In this document: positions 30,996 to 41,380 of the stretch, in pieces
Numbering within the stretch: position 1 is the first letter of the stretch
How the letters are laid out: every line of letters starts with the position of its first letter
Assembly: GCA_963828525.1 (NCBI GenBank)
Contig: CAWHEP010000009.1
Span: 349,788 to 413,787 of the forward strand
From: an uncultured Verrucomicrobiae bacterium
GTDB lineage: Bacteria > Verrucomicrobiota > Verrucomicrobiia > Chthoniobacterales > Chthoniobacteraceae
Length of the DNA: 64,000 nucleotides
Direction: 5' to 3'
The notes under the pieces: generated by a model
What the model was told of the DNA's origin: nothing
Databases searched by the model: none
What the model saw: the letters and a program-made list of their open reading frames with translations, nothing else
Program-made: the position numbers and the translations under genes

Positions 30996-32087
30996 TCAGG
31001 TAGCGTGATATTCAGACAGGAACTTGCGGTCCAGGTAGTCTTTCCACAGGAATGCCAATTTGCCATGCCAGTGCCAGCGGCTCCACGTGGCAAGGCCAGA
31101 ACCGTCGCCCAGATTCAGAATCTGAAGGTATCGCTTCTGAGGTTTGAAGGAGCGAAGACTCTGTCCGAGTAGTGAAGCCAGAAGATTGTGGTGGAGGATG
31201 GGGGCCTCCCGGATCGCATAGACGCCCACCCGATCAACATTCCGTCGCTGGAAAGTCACGCAATCGCCGCCGCCAAACACATTTCCCTGTCCCGTGGATT
31301 GCAGGAAATTATTCACCAGAAGGCCCCCGTCCGCATCGACAGGGAGGCCTGACTCGCGCAAAAGTGACGGCGGCTTCAGGCCGGTCGCGTCAACGGCCAA
31401 ATCATACGCAATTGCGCCTCCGTTATCGAGATGGATGAAGTCTGGCGTGATATCTGAGACGTGGGAATGAGTCTCAATCTGAATTCCTTTGCTTCGTAAG
31501 AACTTCCCCATCCACTTGCGCGCCGGCATTGGCCTGCCGGGAAGCGGTTCTTCGCCTGAGCAAAGCAGCACGACATCCGCCTGAATCCCGCGCTGGCGGG
31601 CAAGGGCGCGAATGTTCGCGGCAATCTCGCAACCAGAAGCGCCAGCTCCCGCCACCACTATGCGAATGTGTCCCGCGCTGCGTTCAAGGAACGCTCGCAG
31701 CCTGGCGAGGTTCGCAATCGGCTTTATCGGTATGACCCGGTCGTTTGACCCTCCCCATGATCTGCCGAGGCTTCCTACATTCAGCGAAACGAGATCATAC
31801 TCAAGACTTTCTCCGTTCTCGAGGTCCAGACGATGTTCACCTGGTATGATCTGCGTGACCGTCGATCTTATCCATTTGCCCCCGCCGCGCTGGATCAACT
31901 GTCCAGCATCTATCTGATCCAAAGCGGGATCGTAAAATCCGCCCAACATGCCGGTCGCGAGTCCGGAGTACCAAAAGCAATCCGGCGTCACAAGGATGAT
32001 TTCGAAGCCGCGACGAGTGAAGTCGGCGGAGCGTTTGAGCGTATAAAGGTGGGCGTGTCCCGCGCCTGCCATGACAACCCGCTTCAC
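30996..32087 (-). CDS. FAD/NAD(P)-dependent oxidoreductase (NDH-2-like; resembles the N-terminal domain of SelD fusions)
   Basis: GAGHAH, YSGLATG, YDLVSLNVGS, GAGASGCE, VFGGGDC, GVYAIRE, WKDYLDRKF. Confidence 0.85.
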   Translation of the reverse strand: MKRVVMAGAGHAHLYTLKRSADFTRRGFEIILVTPDCFWYSGLATGMLGGFYDPALDQIDAGQLIQRGGGKWIRSTVTQIIPGEHRLDLENGESLEYDLVSLNVGSLGRSWGGSNDRVIPIKPIANLARLRAFLERSAGHIRIVVAGAGASGCEIAANIRALARQRGIQADVVLLCSGEEPLPGRPMPARKWMGKFLRSKGIQIETHSHVSDITPDFIHLDNGGAIAYDLAVDATGLKPPSLLRESGLPVDADGGLLVNNFLQSTGQGNVFGGGDCVTFQRRNVDRVGVYAIREAPILHHNLLASLLGQSLRSFKPQKRYLQILNLGDGSGLATWSRWHWHGKLAFLWKDYLDRKFLSEYHAT

Positions 32088-32106
32088 GGTGGCGAAATGG
32101 CGAATC

Positions 32107-33051
32107 TTAGCGCGTGGAGAGTTCCAGCTTGGCAATACCGCTTCGTAGAGATTCAACACCGCCACAAGACGCGACGAGAATTCCCTTCCGGGTGCGTTGA
32201 AGCATTCCGGCAAGAGCCGCTCCCGGCCCCAGTTCGATGAAATGAGCGCAGTTCTCGGAGTCAACCAAATACTCCATGGACTCCGCCCATCGGACGGTGC
32301 CCGTTACCTGTTCTCTGAGGGCATCGCGGATTTGCGCCGATTCGCGCACCGCGCGCGCATCCACATTGCAAACGACCGTCTTCTGAGGAGTCTGCAGGGG
32401 GGTGGTCTCCAGGACCTGTCCGAGCTTTATGTAGGCCGACTGCATCAGCCTGGAATGGTAGGCGCCCGCCACCTTGAGGAGCACCGCCTTGCGTATGCCA
32501 TGCTCGGACGCGAGGGAGACGGCCAACGCGACCTTGGACGTTTCGCCCGAGATGACTACCTGGCCTGGATTATTAATGTTCGCGACATCCACGTCGGTCT
32601 CAGCGGCAAGATCGCGCGCCGCATTTTCATCCGCGCCTATGAGGGCGGCCATGCCTCCCTCCGTTTCCTCGCATGCGCTCTGCATAAACTGCGCGCGTTG
32701 CGCCACGAGTCGCAGCCCCGTTTCGAACGAAAACGTTCCCGCCGCGGCGTGCGCGGTGAATTCCCCGAGGGACAAACCCGCTGCCGCATGGAAAGAGAAG
32801 CCTGGCACCTCTTCCACCAGGGCTGCAAGGCAGGCAAGGCCATGCACGTAAAGCGCTGGCTGACAGTTCACCGTTTTCGTCAGCTCTTCTTCTGGACCTT
32901 CAAAGGCGATCCGACTCAGGGAATACCCGAGGATTTCATCCGCCTGCGCAAACAGAGCGCGGGCTGAAGGATAACATTCGGTGAGATCCTTGCCCATCCC
33001 CACGGTCTGAGAACCCTGGCCGGCGAAAAGAAGTGCAATGCGTTTACTCAA
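32107..33051 (-). CDS. fabD: Malonyl-CoA:ACP transacylase
   Basis: LFAGQGSQ, CQPAL, GLSLGEF, AGAYHSRLM, IELGPG; TTG start is inferred. Confidence 0.94.
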   Translation of the reverse strand: MSKRIALLFAGQGSQTVGMGKDLTECYPSARALFAQADEILGYSLSRIAFEGPEEELTKTVNCQPALYVHGLACLAALVEEVPGFSFHAAAGLSLGEFTAHAAAGTFSFETGLRLVAQRAQFMQSACEETEGGMAALIGADENAARDLAAETDVDVANINNPGQVVISGETSKVALAVSLASEHGIRKAVLLKVAGAYHSRLMQSAYIKLGQVLETTPLQTPQKTVVCNVDARAVRESAQIRDALREQVTGTVRWAESMEYLVDSENCAHFIELGPGAALAGMLQRTRKGILVASCGGVESLRSGIAKLELSTR

Positions 33052-33055
33052 GGGT

Positions 33056-33189
33056 AGGAAATGAAGGAGGTTCAGCGTCGGGTGAATCCTAAAGAGTTCA
33101 AGAACTAAATCGCTGGTGATGTCCCGTCCGTGCCATCCCCCTGACCGGCGACCATGCTGGAACATTCTTTGATTCGCCTCCTTTTTTCC
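33056..33189 (+). ncRNA. Candidate structured RNA in the fabD-valS intergenic region
   Basis: 33081-33097 pairs with 33164-33178; 12/12-nt central bubble; 33110-33117 pairs with 33144-33151; U-tract follows. Confidence 0.35.
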
Positions 33190-33205
33190 TTTAGATGAAG
33201 CCCCT

Positions 33206-35865
33206 ATGTCAGAAATCTCGAAGGCTTATGAGCCGCAAGCGGTGGAAGAAAAGTGGTTCGCGCCGCTGGTCTGAAGGCGGATGCTTCAGCGCCAGCGCAG
33301 CTTCTCAAAAGCCGGCTTACTCCATCGTCATACCGCCGCCTAATGTTACCGGCGTTCTAACGCTGGGGGCACGTACTGAATAACACCATCCAGGATGTCC
33401 TGGCGCGGCGCGCGCGCATGCAGGGGAAGGAGGTGCTCTGGCTTCCCGGGACAGATCACGCCGGGATTGCGACCCAGACGGTGGTGGAGAGAACCCTGCG
33501 CAAGGAGGGGCTGACGCGGCACGAGCTTGGACGGGACGCCTTCCTGAAAAGAGTCTGGCAGTGGAAAGAAGAGCACGGGGGAATCATCATCCAACAATTA
33601 AAAAAGCTGGGCTGCTCGTGCGACTGGAGCCGTGAGCGATTCACGATGGATGAGGGCTACTCCAAGACTGTGCAAAATACCTTCGTCGATCTTTACAGGA
33701 AAAACCTGATTTATCGCGGCAAGCGGATGGTTAATTGGTGTCCAGTGTCGCTCACGGCTCTGTCAGACGAAGAGGTCATCATGAAGCCGGTGACGGGAAA
33801 ACTCTATTACATGAAGTATGAGATTGCCGAGGCTCCAGGCGTATTCCTCGAAATCGCCACGACCCGGCCTGAGACACTCATGGGCGATACGGCCGTCGCC
33901 GTAAATCCAAAGGATCCGCGCTACCAGAGATACATAGGGTCGCACTGTTGGAGGCCATTCCCGCGCGCGAAGATTCCGATCGTGGGGGACGAGCATATAG
34001 ATCCCGAGTTCGGCACCGGCGTTTTAAAGGTGACTCCCGCGCACGACAAGGCCGACTTCGAGATCGGCCAGCGGCACGGGCTGGAAGTGCTCGATGTCCT
34101 AAATGCGGATGGAACTCTAAATAACCTCGCGGGGCCGGAGTTTGCGGGAATTGACCGCTCTGAAGCGCGTGAACTCGCTGTGGAGAAGCTAAAATCCTTA
34201 GGGCTCTTCCTACGGGAGGAAGTCTACGAGCATAATGTGGGATACAGCGAACGCGCGAATGTTCCGATCGAGCCACGCCTGAGCGAACAGTGGTTCCTGC
34301 GCTATCCAAAGGTAGCTGAATCTCTCAATGCTGTCAGGGACGGGTCGATCCGGTTTACGCCAAATCGCTGGGCAAAGGTTTACGAACACTGGCTGACAAA
34401 CATTCAGGATTGGTGCATCAGCCGCCAGTTGTGGTGGGGACACAGGATTCCGGTATGGTATTCTCTTTCATCCAACCAGGATGGCACTCCGCGCGCTCCC
34501 CATGTCGCGTTGGAACCACCCGGTGATCCCGAAAACTGGCGGCAGGACGAGGACGTTCTCGACACGTGGTTCAGCTCGTGGCTTTGGCCTTTTGCGACCA
34601 TGGACGAGTCAACAGAGCACAAGTTCTTCCCGACAAACGATCTCGTCACGGGTCCGGACATCATTTTTCTCTGGGTAGCGCGGATGATCATGGCGGGACT
34701 GGAATTCCGCGAGAAACTTCCTTTTTCCAACGTCTTCTTCACCGGCCTTATCCGTGATGCCCAAGGGCGGAAGATGTCAAAGAGTCTCGGCAACTCGCCA
34801 AATCCGTTGGACCTGATCGCCAAGTACGGCGCGGATGGTCTGAGATTTGGGATGCTGCGCACCGCTCCGCATGGCCAGGACATCCGGTTCGATGAAAAGC
34901 AGATCGAAGAGGGGCGCAATTTTGCCAACAAGCTTTGGAACGCGGCGCGGTTCCGGCAGATGCACGGACCATCGGAGCCTGACGCGGTCATCACCGAGTT
35001 GTCGCTCTCACCCTACTCCATTGAGATCATCAGCAAACTTGATGAGCTGATCAACACTGTTGAAGCGGCGTATTCCGATTTCCGTTTCAACGAGGTGGCG
35101 CAGTCGCTTTACGAATTCTTCTGGAACGACTATTGCGATTGGTATGTAGAGGCTGCCAAGACCGAGATCTTCGGTGAAGATCCAGCGGCCCGGCACTCGG
35201 CGCTTTCCGTGATGGACTTTGTCCTATCCCGACTGCTGCGGTTGCTACACCCGTTCATGCCGCACATCACAGAAGAGCTCTGGGAGACCCTTGGGTTTAA
35301 GATAAAAAGCCAAGCCGGCGGGGTTCCTTACTTGATGTATTCCAGCCTCCCGCAATCCCTGTCTCTCGATCATCGGAACCCCGCGGACATCCGATCCGCG
35401 AGGGAGCGTGTTTCCTCTGTCTATCGTTCCGTGCGCCTTGCGAGGAATCTGCGCGCCGAATACAAGATCCCGTCCAATAAGAAAGCCCGATTCATCCTCC
35501 GTCCTTCTCCTGAGTGGGTTGGAGTGGAACTAGACACATTCGCGCGGCTCATCAACGCCGGAGAAGTTGCCATCGAGCCGGGCTATGAAGCGTCGCGTAA
35601 CGTGCCCCGGGCCTTGGGAGAAATGGGTGAACTCTATATGCCGCTGGACGGGCTGGTCGATAATTCGGCGGAACAGGCCCGCCTGAGGAAAGAAGTCGCC
35701 AAGACTGAGACGGAGCTGAATACCGTTCTCGCAAAGCTCGGCAAGTCCTCGTTCGTAGACAACGCTCCTCCGTCAGTCGTCGAAGAGCATCGCAAGCGAG
35801 AGGAGACATTCCGCGCCCGTCTGTCGCAATTGACCACGATGCTTGAGGCGATGGAAGGCAGATGA
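33206..35865 (+). CDS. valS: Valine--tRNA ligase (two frameshifts near 33263 and 33369)
   Basis: [17 protein letters not shown] from ATG 33206; [18 protein letters not shown] (HIGH-like); [21 protein letters not shown]-terminal coiled coil. Confidence 0.96.
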
Positions 35866-35878
35866 TCGACAGTTCCAA

Positions 35879-36742
35879 CTAGGAAGCTGGCGCGTCACCG
35901 GCCTTGCGCCCGGTGAAGATGCCATAGCGCAAGGAACCCGTATTATAAGCCAGCCAAATTCTAAAGACCGTCAGCGCAAAAACCCTGTTCTGGCTGTGCG
36001 GATCGAGCAGGAATCGCAGATAGCTCGGCTTCTTTACGACACTTGCCAAAAACCGCCAGGCACAGAGCGGCCATGTCTTCTTTACTCGCGAACTAAGGTC
36101 CTCGTAGCTCTCCACGACAAATCCCGCCTCTTCGAAGAAGGCACGGTAATCCCCCTCAGTTCCGATGCCGGGCATGCGACCCTCGCGACAGATGGGCTCG
36201 AGAAGCAATCGATCCTCCCACCGAGCCGCGCCTTGCTTCGCAAGCCAGGCGCAGATCACAAAGCGCCCGCCGGGACGCAGCAGCCTGTATGCCTGGGAAA
36301 AAAAGCGCTTTTTATCGGGCATGTGCTCCGAGCTCTCGACGGAAATGATGGCATCAAAGCTATCGTTCGTTAGAGAGTTTTGCAGCCAGTCTCCCAACAG
36401 ATAGGAAGGGTTGCCGGATTCGTTCTTCGTATCCGTTGCGAACTTGAATTGAGCCGGCGAGATCGTCATCGCCGTCACGGCCGCTCCAAAGTCGGATGCG
36501 AGCATCCTCGCGGTAGCGCCGTATCCACAACCGGCGTCGCAGACGTCTGTTCCAGCGGAGACTTCGGCTTGGCGCGCAACGAGTTCGACAAGCTGCCGCA
36601 CAGCTACTTCGCTTGATTCATCTCCGCGCAACCACAACCCATGATGAACGTGTTCTCCCCAAATTTCTCGATAAAAGTGGTCGAGCTCGTCGTAGTGAAG
36701 AGCAACCGCGCTGCAAGTGTGAGCTACCCGCGATTCGATCAA
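35879..36742 (-). CDS. Class I SAM-dependent methyltransferase (gamma-tocopherol/sterol MT-like)
   Basis: HYD...IWGEHVHHGLW, DAGCGYG, ESSEHMPDK, LRPGGR. Confidence 0.88.
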   Translation of the reverse strand: MIESRVAHTCSAVALHYDELDHFYREIWGEHVHHGLWLRGDESSEVAVRQLVELVARQAEVSAGTDVCDAGCGYGATARMLASDFGAAVTAMTISPAQFKFATDTKNESGNPSYLLGDWLQNSLTNDSFDAIISVESSEHMPDKKRFFSQAYRLLRPGGRFVICAWLAKQGAARWEDRLLLEPICREGRMPGIGTEGDYRAFFEEAGFVVESYEDLSSRVKKTWPLCAWRFLASVVKKPSYLRFLLDPHSQNRVFALTVFRIWLAYNTGSLRYGIFTGRKAGDAPAS

Positions 36743-37695
36743 CGGACGCTGTGCTGATGGATCACGATCTCCACCCGCCTGTTAATCTGTTCCAAATCAA
36801 CAGAACCATTCGCGGGAGCGATGAGTTTTGTGCTTCCAAAGCCTTTTGTTGTAATCCGCGCCGGATCGATTTTCATGTTGTCCACGAGCCATTGTTTCAC
36901 AGACTCGGCGCGGCGAAGGCTCAAGGTCACATTGTAATCTGGAGGCCCATGCGAGTCCGTGTGGCCTTCGATGCTGAAAGAAGCGCGCGGGTTGCTTTCA
37001 ATAAGTTTCCCCAGCTTGACAAGGCTTGCCACGGCGCCCGGACGCAGATCCGAACTATTGTAATCATATAGGAGGTCCGATGGCATCAGGATAGGGCCCG
37101 CCTTGCCGGGGCTGCCCGCCGCGCTTAAGGCCTGGTCGATCGTTTGAAACCCAGCGGGCGTTCCGTTAGCACCCATTCCTTCAACTCGCGGCAGGTGGAG
37201 TTGGGGAGCGTTGGAGACCCTGGCCTCGTCCTTTATCAGTTGATTCCGGATTGAACTGTCCACGTCCTGCTGCACCGCGCTGCTCATATTCCTGGTCATC
37301 TGCTCCGTAGAAAGAAGGGTGTTCGAGTCCAACTTCTCCACTTCATGAGCGAGTGGTTTTGCCTGCTCCGGCGCGACGGGAGTCGCCTTCAGATCCTGAA
37401 AGGGTTTCTCCTCCTCCGGCGCCTGTATGACTTGCTTTTTAGGCGGGGTGGTTGCCAATTCCGTCTTCTTCTGTTCCACGGGTTTATCCTCAAAGACAAT
37501 GCGGGTCGCATGGAAGGGACGGGGCACCAGCCGCTGTTCCACTGGTCCGTCGCTAAAGCGCTCCAGCTTCGCGCTCTCAAAAAACACAAGCAGCCCACCG
37601 TGAAAAAGAAGGGAAAGAATGAAGGCGCCGAAAAGCCACCTTCGCATCGCGGGAACTTCCGTCGCGTTGGATTGATATGTTTCGAGAGTCCTCAT
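36739..37695 (-). CDS. Membrane-anchored OmpA-like peptidoglycan-binding protein
   Basis: N-terminal TM (SLLFH), charged Pro-rich linker, IEGHTDS...NVTLSLRRAESV...NRRVEI. Confidence 0.85.
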   Translation of the reverse strand: MRTLETYQSNATEVPAMRRWLFGAFILSLLFHGGLLVFFESAKLERFSDGPVEQRLVPRPFHATRIVFEDKPVEQKKTELATTPPKKQVIQAPEEEKPFQDLKATPVAPEQAKPLAHEVEKLDSNTLLSTEQMTRNMSSAVQQDVDSSIRNQLIKDEARVSNAPQLHLPRVEGMGANGTPAGFQTIDQALSAAGSPGKAGPILMPSDLLYDYNSSDLRPGAVASLVKLGKLIESNPRASFSIEGHTDSHGPPDYNVTLSLRRAESVKQWLVDNMKIDPARITTKGFGSTKLIAPANGSVDLEQINRRVEIVIHQHSVR

Positions 37696-37812
37696 CGAGC
37701 CGCAATGAACATACACCAGCCGCTCGGGCGCTCAATGCGCATCCGCGGCGCCCGTTTTCCTTGATAAGACTCGCGATCTCTTGCGTCTGGCGTATCTTGC
37801 CGCACCCCCGGG

Positions 37813-38326
37813 ATGTCTGCATTATGGAAAAAGGCGCTGGCCTTCGTCGTCACACATCTGCGGATGCTGCTGCAGATCCACGATACTCCCCATGCCGATC
37901 GCGGGCGGTGTATGCCTTGGCATTTTCTTCGGCTTCACCCCCCTCTTCTGCTTCCGGGCATTCCTAGCCATCCTGCTGGCGTGGCTTTTCCGATGCAGCA
38001 AAGTTGCGGCCGCGATTGCAGTAAACCTTCACGAACTCATCTTCTTCGTCTGGCCCTTGGTTTACAGGCTCGAATACAAAGTGGGTTACTGGCTCCTTTC
38101 TCATCCTCATCGCATGCCGCCGAAGATCCCGCACCACGTAAAGTTCGAATTGCACTGGGAAGTGGTCCAGCAACTCCTGAATTGGCAGACATTTAACAAA
38201 GTCGGCGTGCCCTGGCTTGTTGGCTCGGTCTTTGTCGGACTTCCCATCGCGGTTCTCTCCTTCTTCGTGACTGCCGAGGTCGTGAAGCGCCACCAAGCGC
38301 GAGCCACTCTTCCTGCCCGTCCATGA
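37813..38326 (+). CDS. DUF2062 family membrane protein (frameshift ~37896)
   Basis: LLQIHDTPHA|IAGGVCLGIFFGFTP motif spans two frames; PWLVGSV near the C-terminus. Confidence 0.8.
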
Positions 38327-38366
38327 CGTTCGCGCCGCGTCTGCCGCGCGGCCCTGGGAATGGGAA

Positions 38367-39167
38367 CTAAAAATTCCTTCCTTTGCTCCTCTGTGTCTCC
38401 GCGTCCTGGCGTTGACGTTCAGGTTCCTTTTTACGATCCGAGAACCGCATCCAAAACGAAAGCGCGCATAGCCGTTTCAAATAGATCAAAATCACCCGAA
38501 CGCCCATCTTCGATTCACCCCGCACCCTGTCACGGAACGCGATAGGCGTCTCGATCACGCGCAACGTCCGCCTCCCCCGCACCAGAATTTCCAAGGCTAT
38601 CTTGAACCCTGCGGCATCCGTCGGGATGTTCAACATCTCCTCGCGTCGAACGGCAAAGAAGCCGGAGAGCGCGTCATGCACATCGGTGAGCGGCCAGGCA
38701 AGGGCGGACGCAGCTCGGGACATCAGCCGGCGTTTGAGCGACCATCCCGGAGTGGTGCCGCCCGGCGCGTATCGACTGCCGATGACCATGTCGCATTTGC
38801 CGGCAAGAATCGGATTCACCAAATCCGGTATTTTTTCTGGGGGATGGCTGAGATCGGCGTCCATTACGACCACGATGTCGCCACGGGCAAAACGCGCGCC
38901 AGCCAATACCGCTCCAGCAAGCCCCTGCTCCGGCACGTCTCGCGCGAGCAGGCGAACCGGCTTCACCTTCTCAAGAGCCCGCACTTTTTCCTGTGTGCCA
39001 TCTCGCGACGCATCATCCACTACCACAATCTCCACATTCAGCCCATGGGCGCTCTCGAGCGCGCGTTCCACCAGCGTATCGATGTTCTCCGCCTCGTTCA
39101 AAGTCGGCACGACGATGGACACAAGGGAAAATTCTCTGCCGTTTACGGCATCCACATCGGCGGCCAT
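38367..39167 (-). CDS. GT2 polyprenol-phosphate mannosyltransferase-like glycosyltransferase
   Basis: SIVVPTLNE, VVDDASRDGT, MDADLSHPPE, GSRY, SGFF, GFKIALE, GESKM. Confidence 0.9.
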   Translation of the reverse strand: MAADVDAVNGREFSLVSIVVPTLNEAENIDTLVERALESAHGLNVEIVVVDDASRDGTQEKVRALEKVKPVRLLARDVPEQGLAGAVLAGARFARGDIVVVMDADLSHPPEKIPDLVNPILAGKCDMVIGSRYAPGGTTPGWSLKRRLMSRAASALAWPLTDVHDALSGFFAVRREEMLNIPTDAAGFKIALEILVRGRRTLRVIETPIAFRDRVRGESKMGVRVILIYLKRLCALSFWMRFSDRKKEPERQRQDAETQRSKGRNF

Positions 39168-39174
39168 GGAAATG

Positions 39175-39948
39175 TTACTTGATGATCCCCCGCTGGCTTT
39201 GGCTGAGGAATTCCACCAACTGCTCAATTTCTGGAATCGGAGAAAGACTCTCGCGAATCCGTTCCACGGCCTGTTTGACATTCAGCTTGGATCTATAGAG
39301 AAAGCGAAAAGCCTCCTTGATCTGCCGCATGGTCGCTTCCGGGAATCCGGCGCGTTCCATAGCGACCTGATTCGTGCCGCGTACTACCGCCGGGTTTCCG
39401 TCGGCGATCATAAAAGGCGGCACGTCCTGCACGATCTTGGAACAACCCCCCGTGAGCGCAAACTGCCCGATCCGGCAGAACTGATGCACGGCGGAGAGTC
39501 CCCCGATAACGGCGTTAGCGCCGATTTCCACGTGCCCCGCGATCGTCCCGTTGTTGGAAAAGATGACATCATCGCCCACCGTGCAATCGTGAGCGATGTG
39601 ACTGTATGCCAGGAAAGAACCGCGGCTCCCGATGCGTGTGATTCCGCCTTGGGCGGTGCCACGGTGGGCAGTGGAGAATTCGCGAAAACAGTTCTCATCT
39701 CCAATCTCGAGATAGGTGGGCTCTCCCGAATATTTCAGGTCCTGCGTCTGCTGCCCAATCGAAGCATAGGCGAAGAATTTGTTCCCTTTCCCCACGCGCG
39801 TGCGGCCGGTGAGGGTCACGTGATGCTGCAACCAGCAGCCATCTCCGACAGTGACTCCCTCCTCCACCATGCAATAAGCTCCAATCACAACTTCGCTGCC
39901 GATTTCGGCGCCGGCATCCACGAGGGCTGTCGGATGGATCCGTGTCAT
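39175..39948 (-). CDS. lpxA: UDP-N-acetylglucosamine acyltransferase
   Basis: IHPTALVD, QDLKY, HRGT, HIAHDC, VHQFCRIG, QDVPPF; hexapeptide repeats. Confidence 0.96.
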   Translation of the reverse strand: MTRIHPTALVDAGAEIGSEVVIGAYCMVEEGVTVGDGCWLQHHVTLTGRTRVGKGNKFFAYASIGQQTQDLKYSGEPTYLEIGDENCFREFSTAHRGTAQGGITRIGSRGSFLAYSHIAHDCTVGDDVIFSNNGTIAGHVEIGANAVIGGLSAVHQFCRIGQFALTGGCSKIVQDVPPFMIADGNPAVVRGTNQVAMERAGFPEATMRQIKEAFRFLYRSKLNVKQAVERIRESLSPIPEIEQLVEFLSQSQRGIIK

Positions 39949-41264
39949 CTGACTGAGAAGCCGAACATGAGTTCCGCCTCGGACACGATTTCATTGTTCA
40001 CCATGCATTTTCCGGTGGCGCGAGCGAGGCCCGGCTTGGACCTCGTGACTTCTATATGGATGAACAGTGTGTCTCCCGGGAGCACTGGTTTGCGGAACTT
40101 GACCTTGTCCGCGCTAAGGAAATATCCAATTTTCCCGGAGTTCCCCCCTGCCCGAAGGAAGATGAAGCTTGCAACCTGCGCCATCGCTTCCAACTGCAGC
40201 ACTCCGGGCATGACGGGGTGATTCGGAAAGTGGCCTTGGAAATGAGGCTCGTTGATCGTCACTGACTTGATCCCCACGCAGCGGGTCGCCCCTTCCATAG
40301 AAACGATCCGGTCCACCATGAGAAACGGATAGCGTTGCGGCAGCACGTTCATCACCTCGTTCACATCCAACACCCCTCCCCCCTTGGGAACCACTTCGGG
40401 AGGAATCATGGAGGACAGCCGCGCAAAGCTTTTTTGGAGGGCGCGCGCCAATTCGGTATTTGGCCCGTGGCCGGGCTTCACAGCGATCACGTGTCCCTTT
40501 ATCCTGCGTCCGAACAAGGCAAGATCCCCCACCATGTCGAGGATCTTGTGTCTCACAAACTCATCCTTGAATCGTAATGGTTCCTTGCTCAAAACCGAGT
40601 CGCCGCGAACGACAACCGCGTTTTCCAGACTGCCTCCCTTGATGAGCCCCTTATCCATGAGGGGCTTTACATCCTCGTAGAAAACGAAGGTGCGGGCCTG
40701 GGCGATCTCGCGCTGGTAGATCGCGGGAGTGATCTCAGTGCTAAAATACTGTGTAAAGCGCCCTTCCGGCCCCACCTGCGTGCATGAACATCGAAACTTG
40801 TCATCGGGCACGATTGTCAGCAGAGAACCCGATTTCGTTTCAACATGCATCGGTTCCTGTACTTCGAAAAATGCCCGGGGCGCCTCCTGCGCGGCGAGCC
40901 CCGCCTTCCGAATCAAGTCCACATACGGCTGGGCGCTTCCATCGCCGATCGGGGGCTCGTTCGCGTCCATCTCGATGAGCGCATTGTCGATGTCCATGCC
41001 AGCCAGCGCCGACAGCACGTGCTCGACCGTATGCACCTTAATATTGCCTTCCCCGATGGTGGTGGAGCGCTCCACCGACTTGACGTTTTCTATGCGGGCG
41101 TCGATTGTCGGCTCATCGGGGAGGTCGATCCTCTTAAACTTTCGGCCAAATCCCGGGGGAGCAGGCCGGAGCCTTAAAGTGACCGCGTCCCCGGTGTGAA
41201 GAGATGTACCCTTGAGCGTGGCATCACCCGCGAGAGTATGTTGGAACTGCATTTCAGAGGACAT
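39945..41264 (-). CDS. lpxC: Bifunctional LpxC/FabZ
   Basis: LpxC motifs TVEHVLSAL, PIGDGSA and RHKILD are fused to FabZ motifs LPQRYPFLMVDRI and FQGHFPNHPVMPGVLQLEAMAQ. Confidence 0.96.
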   Translation of the reverse strand: MSSEMQFQHTLAGDATLKGTSLHTGDAVTLRLRPAPPGFGRKFKRIDLPDEPTIDARIENVKSVERSTTIGEGNIKVHTVEHVLSALAGMDIDNALIEMDANEPPIGDGSAQPYVDLIRKAGLAAQEAPRAFFEVQEPMHVETKSGSLLTIVPDDKFRCSCTQVGPEGRFTQYFSTEITPAIYQREIAQARTFVFYEDVKPLMDKGLIKGGSLENAVVVRGDSVLSKEPLRFKDEFVRHKILDMVGDLALFGRRIKGHVIAVKPGHGPNTELARALQKSFARLSSMIPPEVVPKGGGVLDVNEVMNVLPQRYPFLMVDRIVSMEGATRCVGIKSVTINEPHFQGHFPNHPVMPGVLQLEAMAQVASFIFLRAGGNSGKIGYFLSADKVKFRKPVLPGDTLFIHIEVTRSKPGLARATGKCMVNNEIVSEAELMFGFSVR

Positions 41265-41380
41265 GGGGGGACGGGTTTACCATAAGGGGCGGTCACCTGC
41301 AAGCTGCGCGCCCCGGAGAACTCGCAGCCTCATTCCAGGGACATGGCGGCGCCCCGCCACCAATACACGCTCGAACGACG

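Noticed and set aside
33056..33205. T-box riboswitch for valS
   Set aside because: There is no GGTGGNACC T-box consensus or recognisable stem I with a Val specifier; only TGGAAC is present.
33206..35865. Calling valS, miaB, hemB, the NodT gene, the Deg genes, the NRPS and the giant gene pseudogenes
   Set aside because: Each break is a single-base indel with intact motifs on both sides, essential valS is affected, and the indels share a sequence context. This fits long-read error better than gene decay.
38602..40221. 539-aa plus-strand ORF
   Set aside because: It is antisense to GT2, lpxA and fabZ with no recognisable motifs; long shadow ORFs are expected at this GC content. The same applies to 20322-21032, 32197-32967 and 57251-58249.
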